Assembly (NCBI GenBank): GCA_963924565.1
Contig: OZ004607.1
Coordinates: 11,656,001-11,720,000, forward strand
From: Ascidiella aspersa
Taxonomy: Eukaryota
Direction of reading: 5' to 3'
Length of the DNA stretch: 64,000 bases
A program made the position numbers and the translations under genes. A model generated the notes under the pieces. The model ran no database searches and was not told the DNA's origin. It was given only the letters and a program-made list of their open reading frames with translations. Shown here piece by piece: positions 1-11,849 of this stretch (positions within the stretch are counted from its first letter, which is position 1; every line of letters begins with the position of its first letter).

Positions 1-1649
1 TGAATTTGTTCAAATTTAACAAATATTAACTGCCTATTTAACTTATTTTAGGTACTTCACCTAACGTTACCATGACAATTGGTTTTCCGCTAGTAGCGTA
101 TACGAGCAATTTTTTAAAACAAATCCGATACCTTATATGGCAAAAAACTAAAACAAACGGTTCTATTAGACTAGGGTAGATCATGGCATGGCTGTACATT
201 GTTTTCTAAAATTAACGTGACGTATATTATCGTAACTAACATTTTGCACTTAAAATTTGTTTTTGCGAGATCGATTTAACAGACTTCTGGTGCATTTCCC
301 TATAAGTGCGGACAAGAAAGAAACCGATGTTATATGAAGAAAAACAAATTACAAGGCATCAGCATTACTCGGCCTAATATAAATACAATGAACATTACTA
401 TTTCATTTCAGTGAGAAGAGCCACAGAATGCATTTAGTTAGGTGATTCACACGTTATTTACTTCATTCATCAGTTAGCGGCTGTTAGCCTACATAATTTT
501 CCAAAAAGTGTGGAGTATGACCATAAACTAGATTATGGTGTATGTGTACTCCAATTTATGAGACTTACTGATTTAAATTCATGGCTAAAAAATACCATGG
601 TGTGAAGTCTCTGGCGCTTTTCGTTCGCGGTGCCTATTAATTAAATTAGTACACCACGAGGTGGCAGGCCAGGTCTGCACTACACCACACAAAGAGACCT
701 CTTTGAAACCACATGTTCTTTTTTAACGTATTATAAAAATTAAAAGCGACGAAGTGATATATAAAAAAAGAAACGTATTTTGCGTTTACGTGTATCTAGC
801 CTCCTCAATTTTTTTAGAGCCGAAAACTGTTTGACGGACCCTAATTAATTTACTAACTGCGCGGACATTTAGTAAAAGACTTAATACTGTTAGCCACAAT
901 TTTAAGCATAAACTTTATTCAATTTTTGGTATTAAATATATAGCTTGAGAAAAGTTTTAGCAAAGAATCAGCCGAAAATGTAGGCCTATAACGTGAATTT
1001 TACGTTTAACAGTGTCATTCCAGGATTCCTTTCTGTAGGCTAATGTGATTCCATTGCAAAAACATAGGCTACAGTTAGCTGTAATCACTAAGGTGACAAA
1101 CAACATAATAACGCTAAAATTTTTATTGCTTGTTTTCCGATTCAATTCTGTCCAAACACGGCGAGTTGCTGCTCTTTTATGAAATGTTATAAATAACCAA
1201 AAAGGTTCTAAAACGACTTAATATAGAATACTGCAATTTCGCCGAAATACGGAATGCTGCAATTTTTGCCGGAACCCATCATCATTTCTGCTAAAAACTG
1301 AAAACACATAGAAAATGGTAAAACGGTTAACACATATTAAAAATACAAATATTAAAAAAGCGTCATAGTTAGTGCTACACTGTAGGCTTACATTTATCGC
1401 ACAACCCGAAATGGTCTATAACTGGATTTCTACGAAGATATTTGGTTAAATAAAATACGAGCTGCAATCAACATTCAACATATTATAACAACCACTGCCA
1501 CAAAAAGTAATTCTGGATATTTCTTGTTATATTATCTTACTTTAATTTCTTCCTTCTCAGCGGTCTACTAGCTTCAGGCATATCTACATTCAATGATAGT
1601 AGTTAATTGTTCCTTTCATTCACTGTATTGTACTGCAACATCGAGTTTT

Positions 1650-1870
1650 ATCTGATTCTGGACTGTATTTGTATTCCGGTTTGGTTTTTATTATTTGTAT
1701 TATAATATATATAAAGCCTCTTTAGTATTTTTTATGTGTTGCAGTTTGGAGCAAACCTGAGTATTTTAATTAAGTTTTTTTTAGATATTTTTATACCTTT
1801 GTAATTCTTTTGGGTCTGTAATCACCAACTATCAAATCTTTTTAATGCCAACAATATGGTTGAATGATAT
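1650..1870 (-). mobile_element. Possible heavily decayed Penelope-like GIY-YIG C-terminal remnant
   Basis: Minus strand reads KIL..KEALYI...KP..N with frameshifts and stops, resembling the end of PLE ORFs; weak match. Confidence 0.3.
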
Positions 1871-2517
1871 TGGCAAACAAGTTTTATTCGGTTTGCGCAA
1901 AAACGCAAAATACAAAATAAAACTCCACACGAAATGTTATATACAAGAAAAGTGAAACAAAAAATAAATAATAACGTCGTTTGTATTTGTCGGGAACTAG
2001 TATAAAATCAGCAATTGGTTAATGCTGCTGCTGGTTCACAATCAGACAATGCTGCTGCGAAGCAAATACAAAACAAACACAATAAATCTTTGCAAATTAA
2101 CAATTTCCTAAAGCTGGCAAGCATATTGAAATGATGCACGTCTCAGGACTTAATCAACAGAGAAACGACCGTTGCAGGTCGCAAAGGTAGGTAAAACACA
2201 TACGTCACGCTATAGTTTGAAAATAGCTGTTCGAACCGCAAAATTATCACGCTTTGTAATAGGCCTATGACAGACATATAAAGTTACAAGTTATCGACAT
2301 AAATGCACTCGCAAAAGCAATCTATGGGGCTTTTTACCAAAAGACTACGCCGATCGCTGCATTAGTAATGAGTATTTGCCAATGACAACAAAACATCCAC
2401 AAATAAGTTGAAATTTGAATGTACGAGAGACGCTTGAAAAAGCGCCCATCACTCAATTTTACAATTGCATACGGTGACCGGCACAACTAAAACAGCCCTT
2501 GAAGAAATTATTTAGAG

Positions 2518-5500
2518 TTAATCGCAGCAGTAGTTCGTCTTCATGTTAATCCAGTCTTTGTAATGCATGACGTCGGTGTAGACAGCAGGCTGACGATCGA
2601 AGTTGAAAGTGTTGCAGCTGGGTGAACCGAAACTGGTCATTCCGAACAGGGTCCATCTAAGATTGCGTCGGCCGCTTCGGTCAACACCAACCACTTTGGG
2701 TCCCACCAGAGGTCCGCCGGAATCACCCTGCAATTAAAAGAAGAAAAAAATATTTAAAAAAATCGATTGTACGTACCACATCGTATTAATAACAATTATA
2801 TGGTATGCCCCTATAGAAGTTGTTTTTGTTTTATATTGTATTAGAAGTTTCTTAAGTTTGAATTTTAATACGAAATCTAAATAGGTGGAGTAAATCGATA
2901 TCAAGTTTGTGAAAGACGTTTCGATACATACTGGGTATCATTATCAGGTATCACCCTACTTACAAATATGACAAGTCTATCTTGGAAAGCAAAAGTTGGA
3001 CTTTGACGCAAAGTTGGTCTTTGACGCTTTAATTGGTCCTTAATAAAACTGTCACCAATCTCAAACTTAACATAGTATTTCTTTTCAGAAACTAAAGTTT
3101 AACCGTAAATTGTATACCTTTGCCATTCTGCTTTAACTCAATTGTGATTGTGTCTTAATAAGCGACCGTGTTTTAATCTTCAGTATTTTATTTAAATCTG
3201 AAAGTTGCCCATAAATTTACATGGATCATATATGTGACCCTAACTGTCAAACATCAGCACGCGGTCGCCTACTACAATATATATATTGCACTTTCAAGTA
3301 TGCAAATTGTCGTTGGCTTCGAGGAACTCGAATCCTATCACTCCGGCTTCATTTTATCATATCGAAGCACAACACAAGATGATACATAGCTACCATTGGC
3401 TACTTCACACTCCCTAAATACGTTTTTCGTTATACAATTTTCTAGAGCTTACCGTGCATGTATCTTGTTTGGACTCTCCTCCAGCGCATAAAACGCCTGG
3501 TGGTCTTGTGACGTTAAACTTGGGCACTTGACGTTGGCAAACGGTTTCGTTCAAGATTTTCACTCCAAGTTGCTTCAAGTTCTGATTGCTTTTTCCGACA
3601 CCTATACAACAGTGCAATGGTTGCTTAATCTGGTAGACTGGTAATTTAGTATAGTTTATGTATATGGCCAAAGAAGACACCTATATACCAGTGAAAAGGT
3701 TGCTTAATCTGGCAGACGGATAATTTAATATAGTTGATGAAACTGACCAAAACAGGCATCTATACAACAGAGAAAAGGTTGCTTAAATATAGGCAGACTG
3801 ATAACTTAGTATAGTTTTGAATGGCCAAAATACTGTAGCATATACTTAGTAACATCGCAGATATTTGTTGGAACAAGTTCCTAACTCTTAATCTACATAA
3901 CAGTATTTACAAAGCAGAGGCACACCTAGTCGGTACGGTAGCTTTTTTACATTTTTATCACGTAACTACGTATAAACTATATGTATTTTGGGCAAGTTAT
4001 AAAGGGCATTAGCTATAGTGTGAATGTTTTGCGGAAAACACGAAAACAGACAACATCTCTTACCTTTAGTCTCGCCCCAGCCAGTTGCCCAAACGATCTG
4101 ATTTGCCCTGGCTCGAACGGTGGGCATGCAAACTGGCTGCGCGTAGTTGTTGAATTCGATCGGTTGCTTCAGTCGCATGACGGCGATGTCGTAGGCCACC
4201 ACTCCCCTGATAACACCACTGCGGAACTTGTCGTGGATCTCGATGAAGTCGATATCTGGACGAAATAGGTTAAAGTAAGCACGCGCCGCTAAAATTGGGA
4301 CTGTTGGTCAAAAATTGAAACCCGAACCCGGACGGGGAATACTACTGTTTAGTCAAGATAAAGCTTGTCCATTTATCTGTTTATTTGCTGAATTTATTTC
4401 TAATAAATCGATATTGGTTTTATAGGATAACCTTGAATATTATTTAAACACTATATGGCAGAAGTGTCTGCTCCGTGGATGCCATTAATTATATCTTTCT
4501 ATTGGAACCATGTTTGCTGAAGGGGGTGTATTCATCTTTAAGTGCTTTTAGCTATAGGCATAGGTCTATTTTTTAGAAATTAGTTGTTCAATATTCGTGA
4601 GTCAGGGATAAGATGGGATTTCTGAAATTTTCCTCTTTACTCGAAATCAGTTTGCGAGCATGCTGTGACACGTGTGGTAATCTCGCGCAGCGATATCGAC
4701 TTCAAAGCCTCCTGAAATCGATTCCCTGCTATTTGATGACGCGTCTATAGTTGTCGGAATTGTGCATGACGCAATGCGAGCGCTCTCCGCGCGACGTTTT
4801 ACAGCTAGAGGGTGAAACTTGGGAATGTCGCTGGTGAAAAATTTAAAACGCCATCGCCAAAGGCAACACCGATTTTATATGTATGGAACTACTTCTTTAA
4901 CAATATCACCGTAAACGTAATAGTCCCCGTAAACTTCCACACGTGCCACATGGTATTGAACGTATTGATTGGTGGGCTTCTGTTTACATTTATTAAAATA
5001 AACTTTTATAATTTTGTTTTACTTTTCCTACACAAACCTTTAATTAAACCGAGTTCGAAAAAAGCGAAACCATTAATTCCAAGAGGGTCAACATTGCTCA
5101 AATGTCATACTTTTTTGGCAAATTATATTGTTGAGCAAACAGTTGCTGCTTAAAAACGAGTAGGCCTATCTGTCAATAAATATAATGATCGACTCACCTT
5201 TACGTCCTCTGAAAGTTTGGACTTGCTTGCCGGCTGAGTATTTCAATCCCATGAAGCGTCCGACGTATACAGTGTAGAACAAGGCATCCAGGCTAAAAGC
5301 AGATTTAAAAAAAACGGTAACTCATGGGTCATTTAAATTGCAAACAGTCTTCTCATTATGGAGCGCCTTTGAATTCGTAAATTTAAAATTACGCAAAGAG
5401 TTTCAGAGTATAGCCCTATACATTAATATTACACAAATATTATATCTATATACGACTTTTGCTATTAAAATGAAAAACGCAATATCTTCTGTTTTGAACA

Positions 5501-8500
5501 TTACTTATACAACTAAATACGAGAAAGTTTTAATGATTTAATCGCAGGCTAAAATGCTGGATTGTTGATGGTTGCAAACTGCTTGCAACATGAGATGTGC
5601 AAAATACGCATTTAGTAGATTGTCGTTTGCACAGGAGCATGCTTTAGCCGTTCGGCTTTTCGGTTTTATTATTTCAACTTGACAGCGCTCTCCAGTAATC
5701 GGCGTTATAAAGCTGTGAACTCGCGGGTTCTGTTTATTATTTTACGTCGCTCGACATCGTTTCGGGAGTACGGCCGTGGCATAATTATACAGAACATTCG
5801 GTCGGGTGCAAGCACCGGTCAAGACCGTTCAAAGCCTCGCGAATTGTTTGTTTTCTTTTCGACGATGAAACAACAACACCTCGCAGCGAAAGCTCCGCTG
5901 TTCCCAGGCAAGCAAAATGCACGCAAACTTGTTTTCCTGTGCGCTGTTTAATGTTTGTCACAACCGAAGTGGTTTACACACTGTCGCTTTCTCTTTCGGA
6001 CGCGATTGTTGCTTTCTCATGCCTCCGGATACGTGGTCGATAAAACCGATAAATAACAATCGTTGTCCAACAAAGCACGCGCGGCGATTGGTGACGACAG
6101 TGTTTACGGGACTCTGCTTTTGTACAAGCAACAAGCAATTTAAACTCTTGATTAATGAAGGAACGATACGTGCAGCGACGCAAGACTGCGCACATCGTCG
6201 CGTCCTGCCTTTGTTTAAGTTTAAATCATGCAAGAGGCTGCTTCTCCATCATTTTCAAATACGTATCACTCCAGCGAACGTTTAGTCATGCCTCATATTG
6301 CGGAGCAGTGCAAATCGTAGTTAAATAAACAAAATCGTATGAATTGGAACTGATAGGATGTGAATATCATGAAAGGATCTAACGCGATATCTCGTTATCC
6401 GCACAAAAACCCAGTAAAACGTTTTACACTTTTTTTGTGTTTTGCAGAAATGAGACACCGCAAAACTAGGTAAAGTTGGAAACCTTTTTTTGTTGCGAAA
6501 ATCGAACCTAATATGCCAGAAACTCTGAGCTATAAACATTCCAAAATTTCATCGCCTTCCGAACGATACGAAAACGAGCAAAAGCTACGAAAAAGAGCAA
6601 ATTTGACAATCCCTTTAAATGTTATTTACAGTCTGCTTTAACGTTGTGCTAAGGCCTAAGCCAGGTTTTAAAGCTTCTATAGGCACATTCATAAGAAACG
6701 CGTACTCACTCTGGCGTTTGGCTCCGTTGGGTTTGTCTGTTAAAGCAATGGGCAGCGGTGACGATCCAGTGTTTGCAGATGATGGAGCCGCCACAAAGGA
6801 ACTGCTTCTTTCTTTCTTTCTTCTCGATCATAACGGTCCACGGGTGGCTGAAGGGATAGGCGCTGTGGAAAGACAAAAAAAATATATTTAAATAATAATC
6901 TAAGCGCAATTAAAACTAAAATCCAAAGTGTGGGCATGCTGAGAAATCATGAAAATAAGTGTGTGATTTTTGTTTGAATTATTTCGAGCGTTTTGAGACT
7001 TTTTAACTGAGATGACAAATAAAATGTTCGATATTACTTTGGGGCGGTCGAAAAGTTTATCGCTTTTAATTATATATGCAAATATTATTTTTATTCACGT
7101 TCGATTCGACCGCTTTGTACTGATATTGTAAATAAAGTAGAACAACATGCGCCGTTATACCCGGTTTAACTAAAACCTTAAATCGCTTTACAACAAAAAT
7201 ACACAACAGTCCAAAACAGCGGCAAACTGCACGACGGCCCCAGGTACAATGCATTACCTCGTTCCTCCCACGATTTTCTTGGTTGAGGATGGAAGGCTGA
7301 TGGGTGAGCCGGGGTAAAATCTCGGCTTGCCACAGTCTCGTGGGTAGCACCGCTGGAGCGAGGGGTTTCTTACTCTGTATCGGCGGCCTGTAAAAAACGG
7401 ATGAAACTTTGCTGAAAAAATAGTCGGCGATTATATGCTCAGTATATGAATAACAACGATAACTTATAGTTTGGAATTTGAGATTTCTTTTTCAACAAAA
7501 TTGTAGTTTTTGCCAAGTTCATTGCAACGAAACCATAAGTGAATTTGCATGTCGATTGTAAGTCACTATTTGACACCACGAGTTGTTCTACAGGGTTCAT
7601 TAGATTCAAATTACCAGCGTGGTGGAAACATAAAATAAAAAACAATCGAAACTCTTTGTAATTGGAATCTTTGCGTTGGCAGCCCTTCAATATTGTTGGC
7701 GTTTCTGACTTCTCAGTACGTTTTAATTTTGGGGGCAACAAAACAAGAATATTTGGACAGTATGCCGTAACTTACATCGTCCCCAGCGACAGTAGGATCT
7801 GAAGATGAAGGCTGGCTGGGTGGTGAGCACTCTCGGCTGTCTTGTAGTGGTCGGGATTGCGGTGGTTGTGGTCTTTGTTGTGGTTGGGCGCCTGGAAAAA
7901 GAAACAACAAATCAGGTTGCTGTTGCTCGTCAAAACAGTACAAGCATTTACTGGCAAGGCGCGCAGGAAACGAATCGTGCCAAGAGAAATGCTTCCCCGG
8001 TTTCTAACATATAGGTCATATTAGCGCTGATTGATCTGTTCGCGAAACGGCGAAATACCTCGATTTCCGTTGATATTTTAATGCTATCTGATTCTGCGAT
8101 CGAAACTAGGTTGTTGTGTGTGTTCACCCAAAAGCGATTTTAGCGTTTCGATTGCAGAAACCTGCAGAACTCAAACTTCGCAAAAAACTTATCACCCAAA
8201 AGCGATTTTAGCGTTTCGATTGCAGAAACCTGCAGAACTCAAACTTCGCAAAAAACTTATCTTTAAAGGCGCACACAAAAGTGACGAGCGCACACCTGCA
8301 CCTGTGCGATAGGGCGCCTAAAATGCTAAAATTGCATGTTGTCACCAGTAAACGATTCCGGTTTAAGTGGAACTGGTTGCAAAAAAGTCGACCTTTTAAC
8401 GATTGCCAAACGTTGTCGATCACGGAATAAAAACCTTTCACAATTTCTTGGTAAAGAGAGTAGACTGATAACCTTAAATGAGAATGTTGAAATTACATTC

Positions 8501-11500
8501 TAATTTAAATTTACTTTCGCCCTTAGCAGTTTGCTCTTTATGGGCTCCCTTCAAATTGACGCTCGCCCATTTAGCATTTACCAATATGCGTCTTTGCGCG
8601 ACCTTAATTTCACAAGTATACCAAACAGATCTTTTGTGCGCATGCACAATGCTTTCACGAATTCAAAAAACATACCACGCGCTTAATCCCCAGCGCCTCG
8701 AATGTGTTTACGCTTATGCGCAAGCAGCACGAAGCCTGTCCGTGGCCTACCCAACCGGTTGCTGGTGTCGCTAAACAGGTTTGGCCGACATTATCACGGA
8801 TGGCATTGCGCACGAAGGGCGCGGCTGAACTATGCCCCTGCTGTGATTTGCGTCCGGGCGGCCTAATGGCCAGAACGCGTCCATAAACTCTTAAAACCGA
8901 CAATGGGTTCGCAGGTTACACCCCAGGTGTGATTTGTCAGGAGAAAATGCGAACGCGCTGAACTTGAAAGGCCGGTCCCTCGTAAACCGAGGTGTATTCG
9001 TAAAAATCTTTGCTATTTGTGAGTTGATTTTTACGCGGTCTTTGGATTTACAGATTTGGGAAAGTGAGATTTAAAGGGCAGATGTGCAGCCGCAATTTGC
9101 ACTGTATTTGCGGTGTGTGACTTTTGACATTATCCGCTAAAGATCATAAACTTCTCAAACTGGTGTTACAAAAGCTTGATCGATATATGCCATATATATT
9201 TTCAGTCCATTAGGTTTCAATAAAATGCAACTATTCATAATTTTTATCACTAATATTATTTTGGAGTTAAAAAAAAACATGAAATTATTTACAACAATTG
9301 TGCACATTGACCTAACCTAACAACAGATTTGTAGAGTATAAGTATAGGTTGTGTGTGCACTGAACTTTTTGCACGTAATTTTTCACTGTCCTGCGTCGCA
9401 CAATAATAACAACCGTATCACTAACGTACGCCCATGTCGTCATTAAATAATGCAATGCACTAAAGATAATTAATATATATTAAATATATGATAAAAACAA
9501 AATCGACAAATTGGACCGGTCGAACTTACGGAGTCGGGGTTGTGGTCACGGTCCTGTTCCTCTTGCGTAGCAGCTGCGAGATGCTATTGCTGAGCAGATC
9601 CATGACGGAGTATTCCTCGAGCACTCCGCCGTTCTTCGAAAGGATCTGGAGGAAGCTCTCCGGTGTGGTGGTAGCGGTAGTAGTGGCGGTCGTGGTCGGA
9701 GCTGCGGTGCTCTGAGTCGCCTGTGGAACGTACACGACTTGGGAAGACGACGAGCCCGCAGGCCTGTTGTTAGTGATTGCAGAAATGGGCCTTGGTGCGT
9801 CTGTGGGGAAAATAAGTAAGTTTCGCACTTATCCCCAAGAAACTTTTTTTGGCGTTTGCCACTCTTGGAGACACTCGGGCTCTTTTACATTAACAAAGCA
9901 TGATATTTTAAAATTAACGCCTCGTGTAAAGTAAAACAGCTCAATGTATACACTCGCGTTCATGTGCTGCGCAATGTTTACAGAAAAAAATAAACGCCAA
10001 AAGTTATTTTTCCCCGATTGCAATATCTTTCTTTTACCTTCCTGGAAGTAGCAGACTCGGTTGTTTCCGACCATTTGCGAGCAGCAGCCCAGCGCGAGAC
10101 AGTCTCTCTCGGCGTAATCGATGTTGGCGCAATATTTCAAGGAGCCGCTCGGAGCAAGACAGCGGTCGGGAGGACAGCTTCTGATGGAGGCTGGAGATCA
10201 AACGACGCCGGTTAAATATTGCATAGGAAGGACTTAGGTGGAAAAAACGCCTCTAGCCGTAGAATTTGCCTTTGGCGAAACGCAATCGAAAAATTGTCGA
10301 TAATTTGGTGAGAAACATGTTAAGAACGGTAGCACCTCAATTTACTTTCTTAGGGAAGGTTGTAAAAATGACATGGACCCGTACTTCGGAAAGGTTGAAA
10401 CGTTGGCACTTTAATAAAACTTGGTCGGAAGAACAATTTTACACTTGAAGCAATGCCTGCCAGCAACAGTATATTCATGGACCCCTATGTTTAACATTAA
10501 GGTTTCCATGGTCTTAAATCGTCCCGAAAACTGAACGAATCGACTTACGTGCTGAGAAAAAGCATTTCTTGGTCGGTGACAATTCACTGGCGTCGTAGCA
10601 ACAGCCGACTCCGAGGCAGGCGTTCATTGAGGTTGGACCACCACCGCAGGGCACGCGTTCTTGACGAGGAATCGACGTGCAGTGGAACAAGCAAGAGCCC
10701 CTAAATTCTGCAATTCAAAATGTAGTTTATCAGTTTAGTCGCAAACCCGCAAGTTGTAATACCCACAGTAAATGCATTTTTAACGTCTCACGCTAAGTGT
10801 ACGTCACTGCACGTATTTTTATACCTTACAACATATTTTTATCCCCACAACGCGTATTGATTAAAACTAAAGACTGGAACACTCAGCGCATTCTTAAAAA
10901 AAGAAGGCATCTTACTGCCTAAAAGAAGGCATCTCATTTCACTTACGAACAGCAGCGTTGGTCAAAGCGAAGGCTGGGATCTGCGGCTGCGGGTTGCTGG
11001 GCAGCAGCACTGCTGGCAATCTTCCGGCAGCTCCAACCTGACCCTCGGTATCTCCGCCGCTGCTGCTGCTAATGTGTTTGTAGCAATGGGTTCCATTCCA
11101 ACAGCAGTCTAAAAGATGTATCGTTGTTATTCGATATGAAGTGTTTACCGTTAGGTCATGTGCGACTGGGCACGTTTAGTTCAAAAGAACTGGCTAAATA
11201 TTATTATTTCAGTCTTTTATAGCCTAACGCTGAAATTATTCTCAACTTCTAAATCTTTCGTATCTTGTGGTTATAAATTACCACACAGATTCAAACACAA
11301 GTGTTTTTTAATATCGTGCTTCCTTACACGCTGCAATGCAGTTGAAGCCGTCTGTTTCGTAGCAATTCACTCTATTCACCTCTTCGATTTGGCACGATTG
11401 CGCCGTAACCGCTACCAGAAAGTCTAAAAAAACACAGAAATATTTTCATGATTGTTATGTAATAAACGTAACACAAGGTATGGCCAATATTAATTTATTT

Positions 11501-11607
11501 TTAAAATATGATGCTGTAAACCTGTCCTGTATTTAGTTGTAAACGAAAAGCACAAACTAAAGGTTAAACTTACACAAAAAGCAGGCGAGCGTTAAACGCA
11601 GAAACAT
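2518..11607 (-). CDS. Secreted trypsin-like (S1A) serine protease with three trefoil (P-type)-like domains and a Thr-rich linker, 639 aa
   Basis: Manually spliced, all GT-AG and phase-consistent: complement(join(11574-11607,11328-11423,10947-11108,10549-10707,10038-10190,9530-9800,7776-7891,7258-7387,6710-6862,5198-5292,4064-4255,3453-3601,2518-2727)) = 1920 nt. Signal peptide MFLRLTLACFLYFLVAVTA; trefoil-type CTSIPRQERVPCG..C.GVGCCYD..CFF; activation site K|IVGG; catalytic triad motifs TAAHC, YDIAV and GDSGGP. Confidence 0.93.
3599..3835 (+). repeat. 79-bp tandem repeat x3 overlapping a splice acceptor
   Basis: Units start at 3601, 3680 and 3759 (cctatacaacagtg..ggttgcttaatctgg.agac..taatttagtatagtt..ggccaaa). 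Confidence 0.85.
8124..8261 (+). repeat. Perfect 68-bp tandem duplication in an intron
   Basis: tcacccaaaagcgattttagcg...cgcaaaaaactta occurs at 8124 and 8192. Confidence 0.95.
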
Positions 11608-11849
11608 TTTTTGGTGTTCTGCTCGTTGATTTGGATAGCTTGATATCTGAAAAAAAAAGTGTTATATAATTCGTTTGATAAAATAAATTCAATTTTACCA
11701 GCCTCGTTATTTTATTTTATTTCCGAGAGAGATTTAATTGTCCCACCTATAAGTCCAACAAATGCCGAACTATAGTTTGGGTCGGCGTTTTTATCCTTAT
11801 ACAGTTATACTTGCAACATGCGCGTTTAGCCTATTTTTGTGAAGACAAA

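Noticed and set aside
2912-2950. Hammerhead-like string on the minus strand (CTGATAA-T-GATAC..GTATC-GAAACGTC)
   Set aside because: Core G8 is mutated and stem I does not pair; the GATAC/GTATC words are better explained by a decayed MITE.
3310-3405. A-box/B-box-like words on the minus strand
   Set aside because: No cloverleaf; at most an old SINE fragment.
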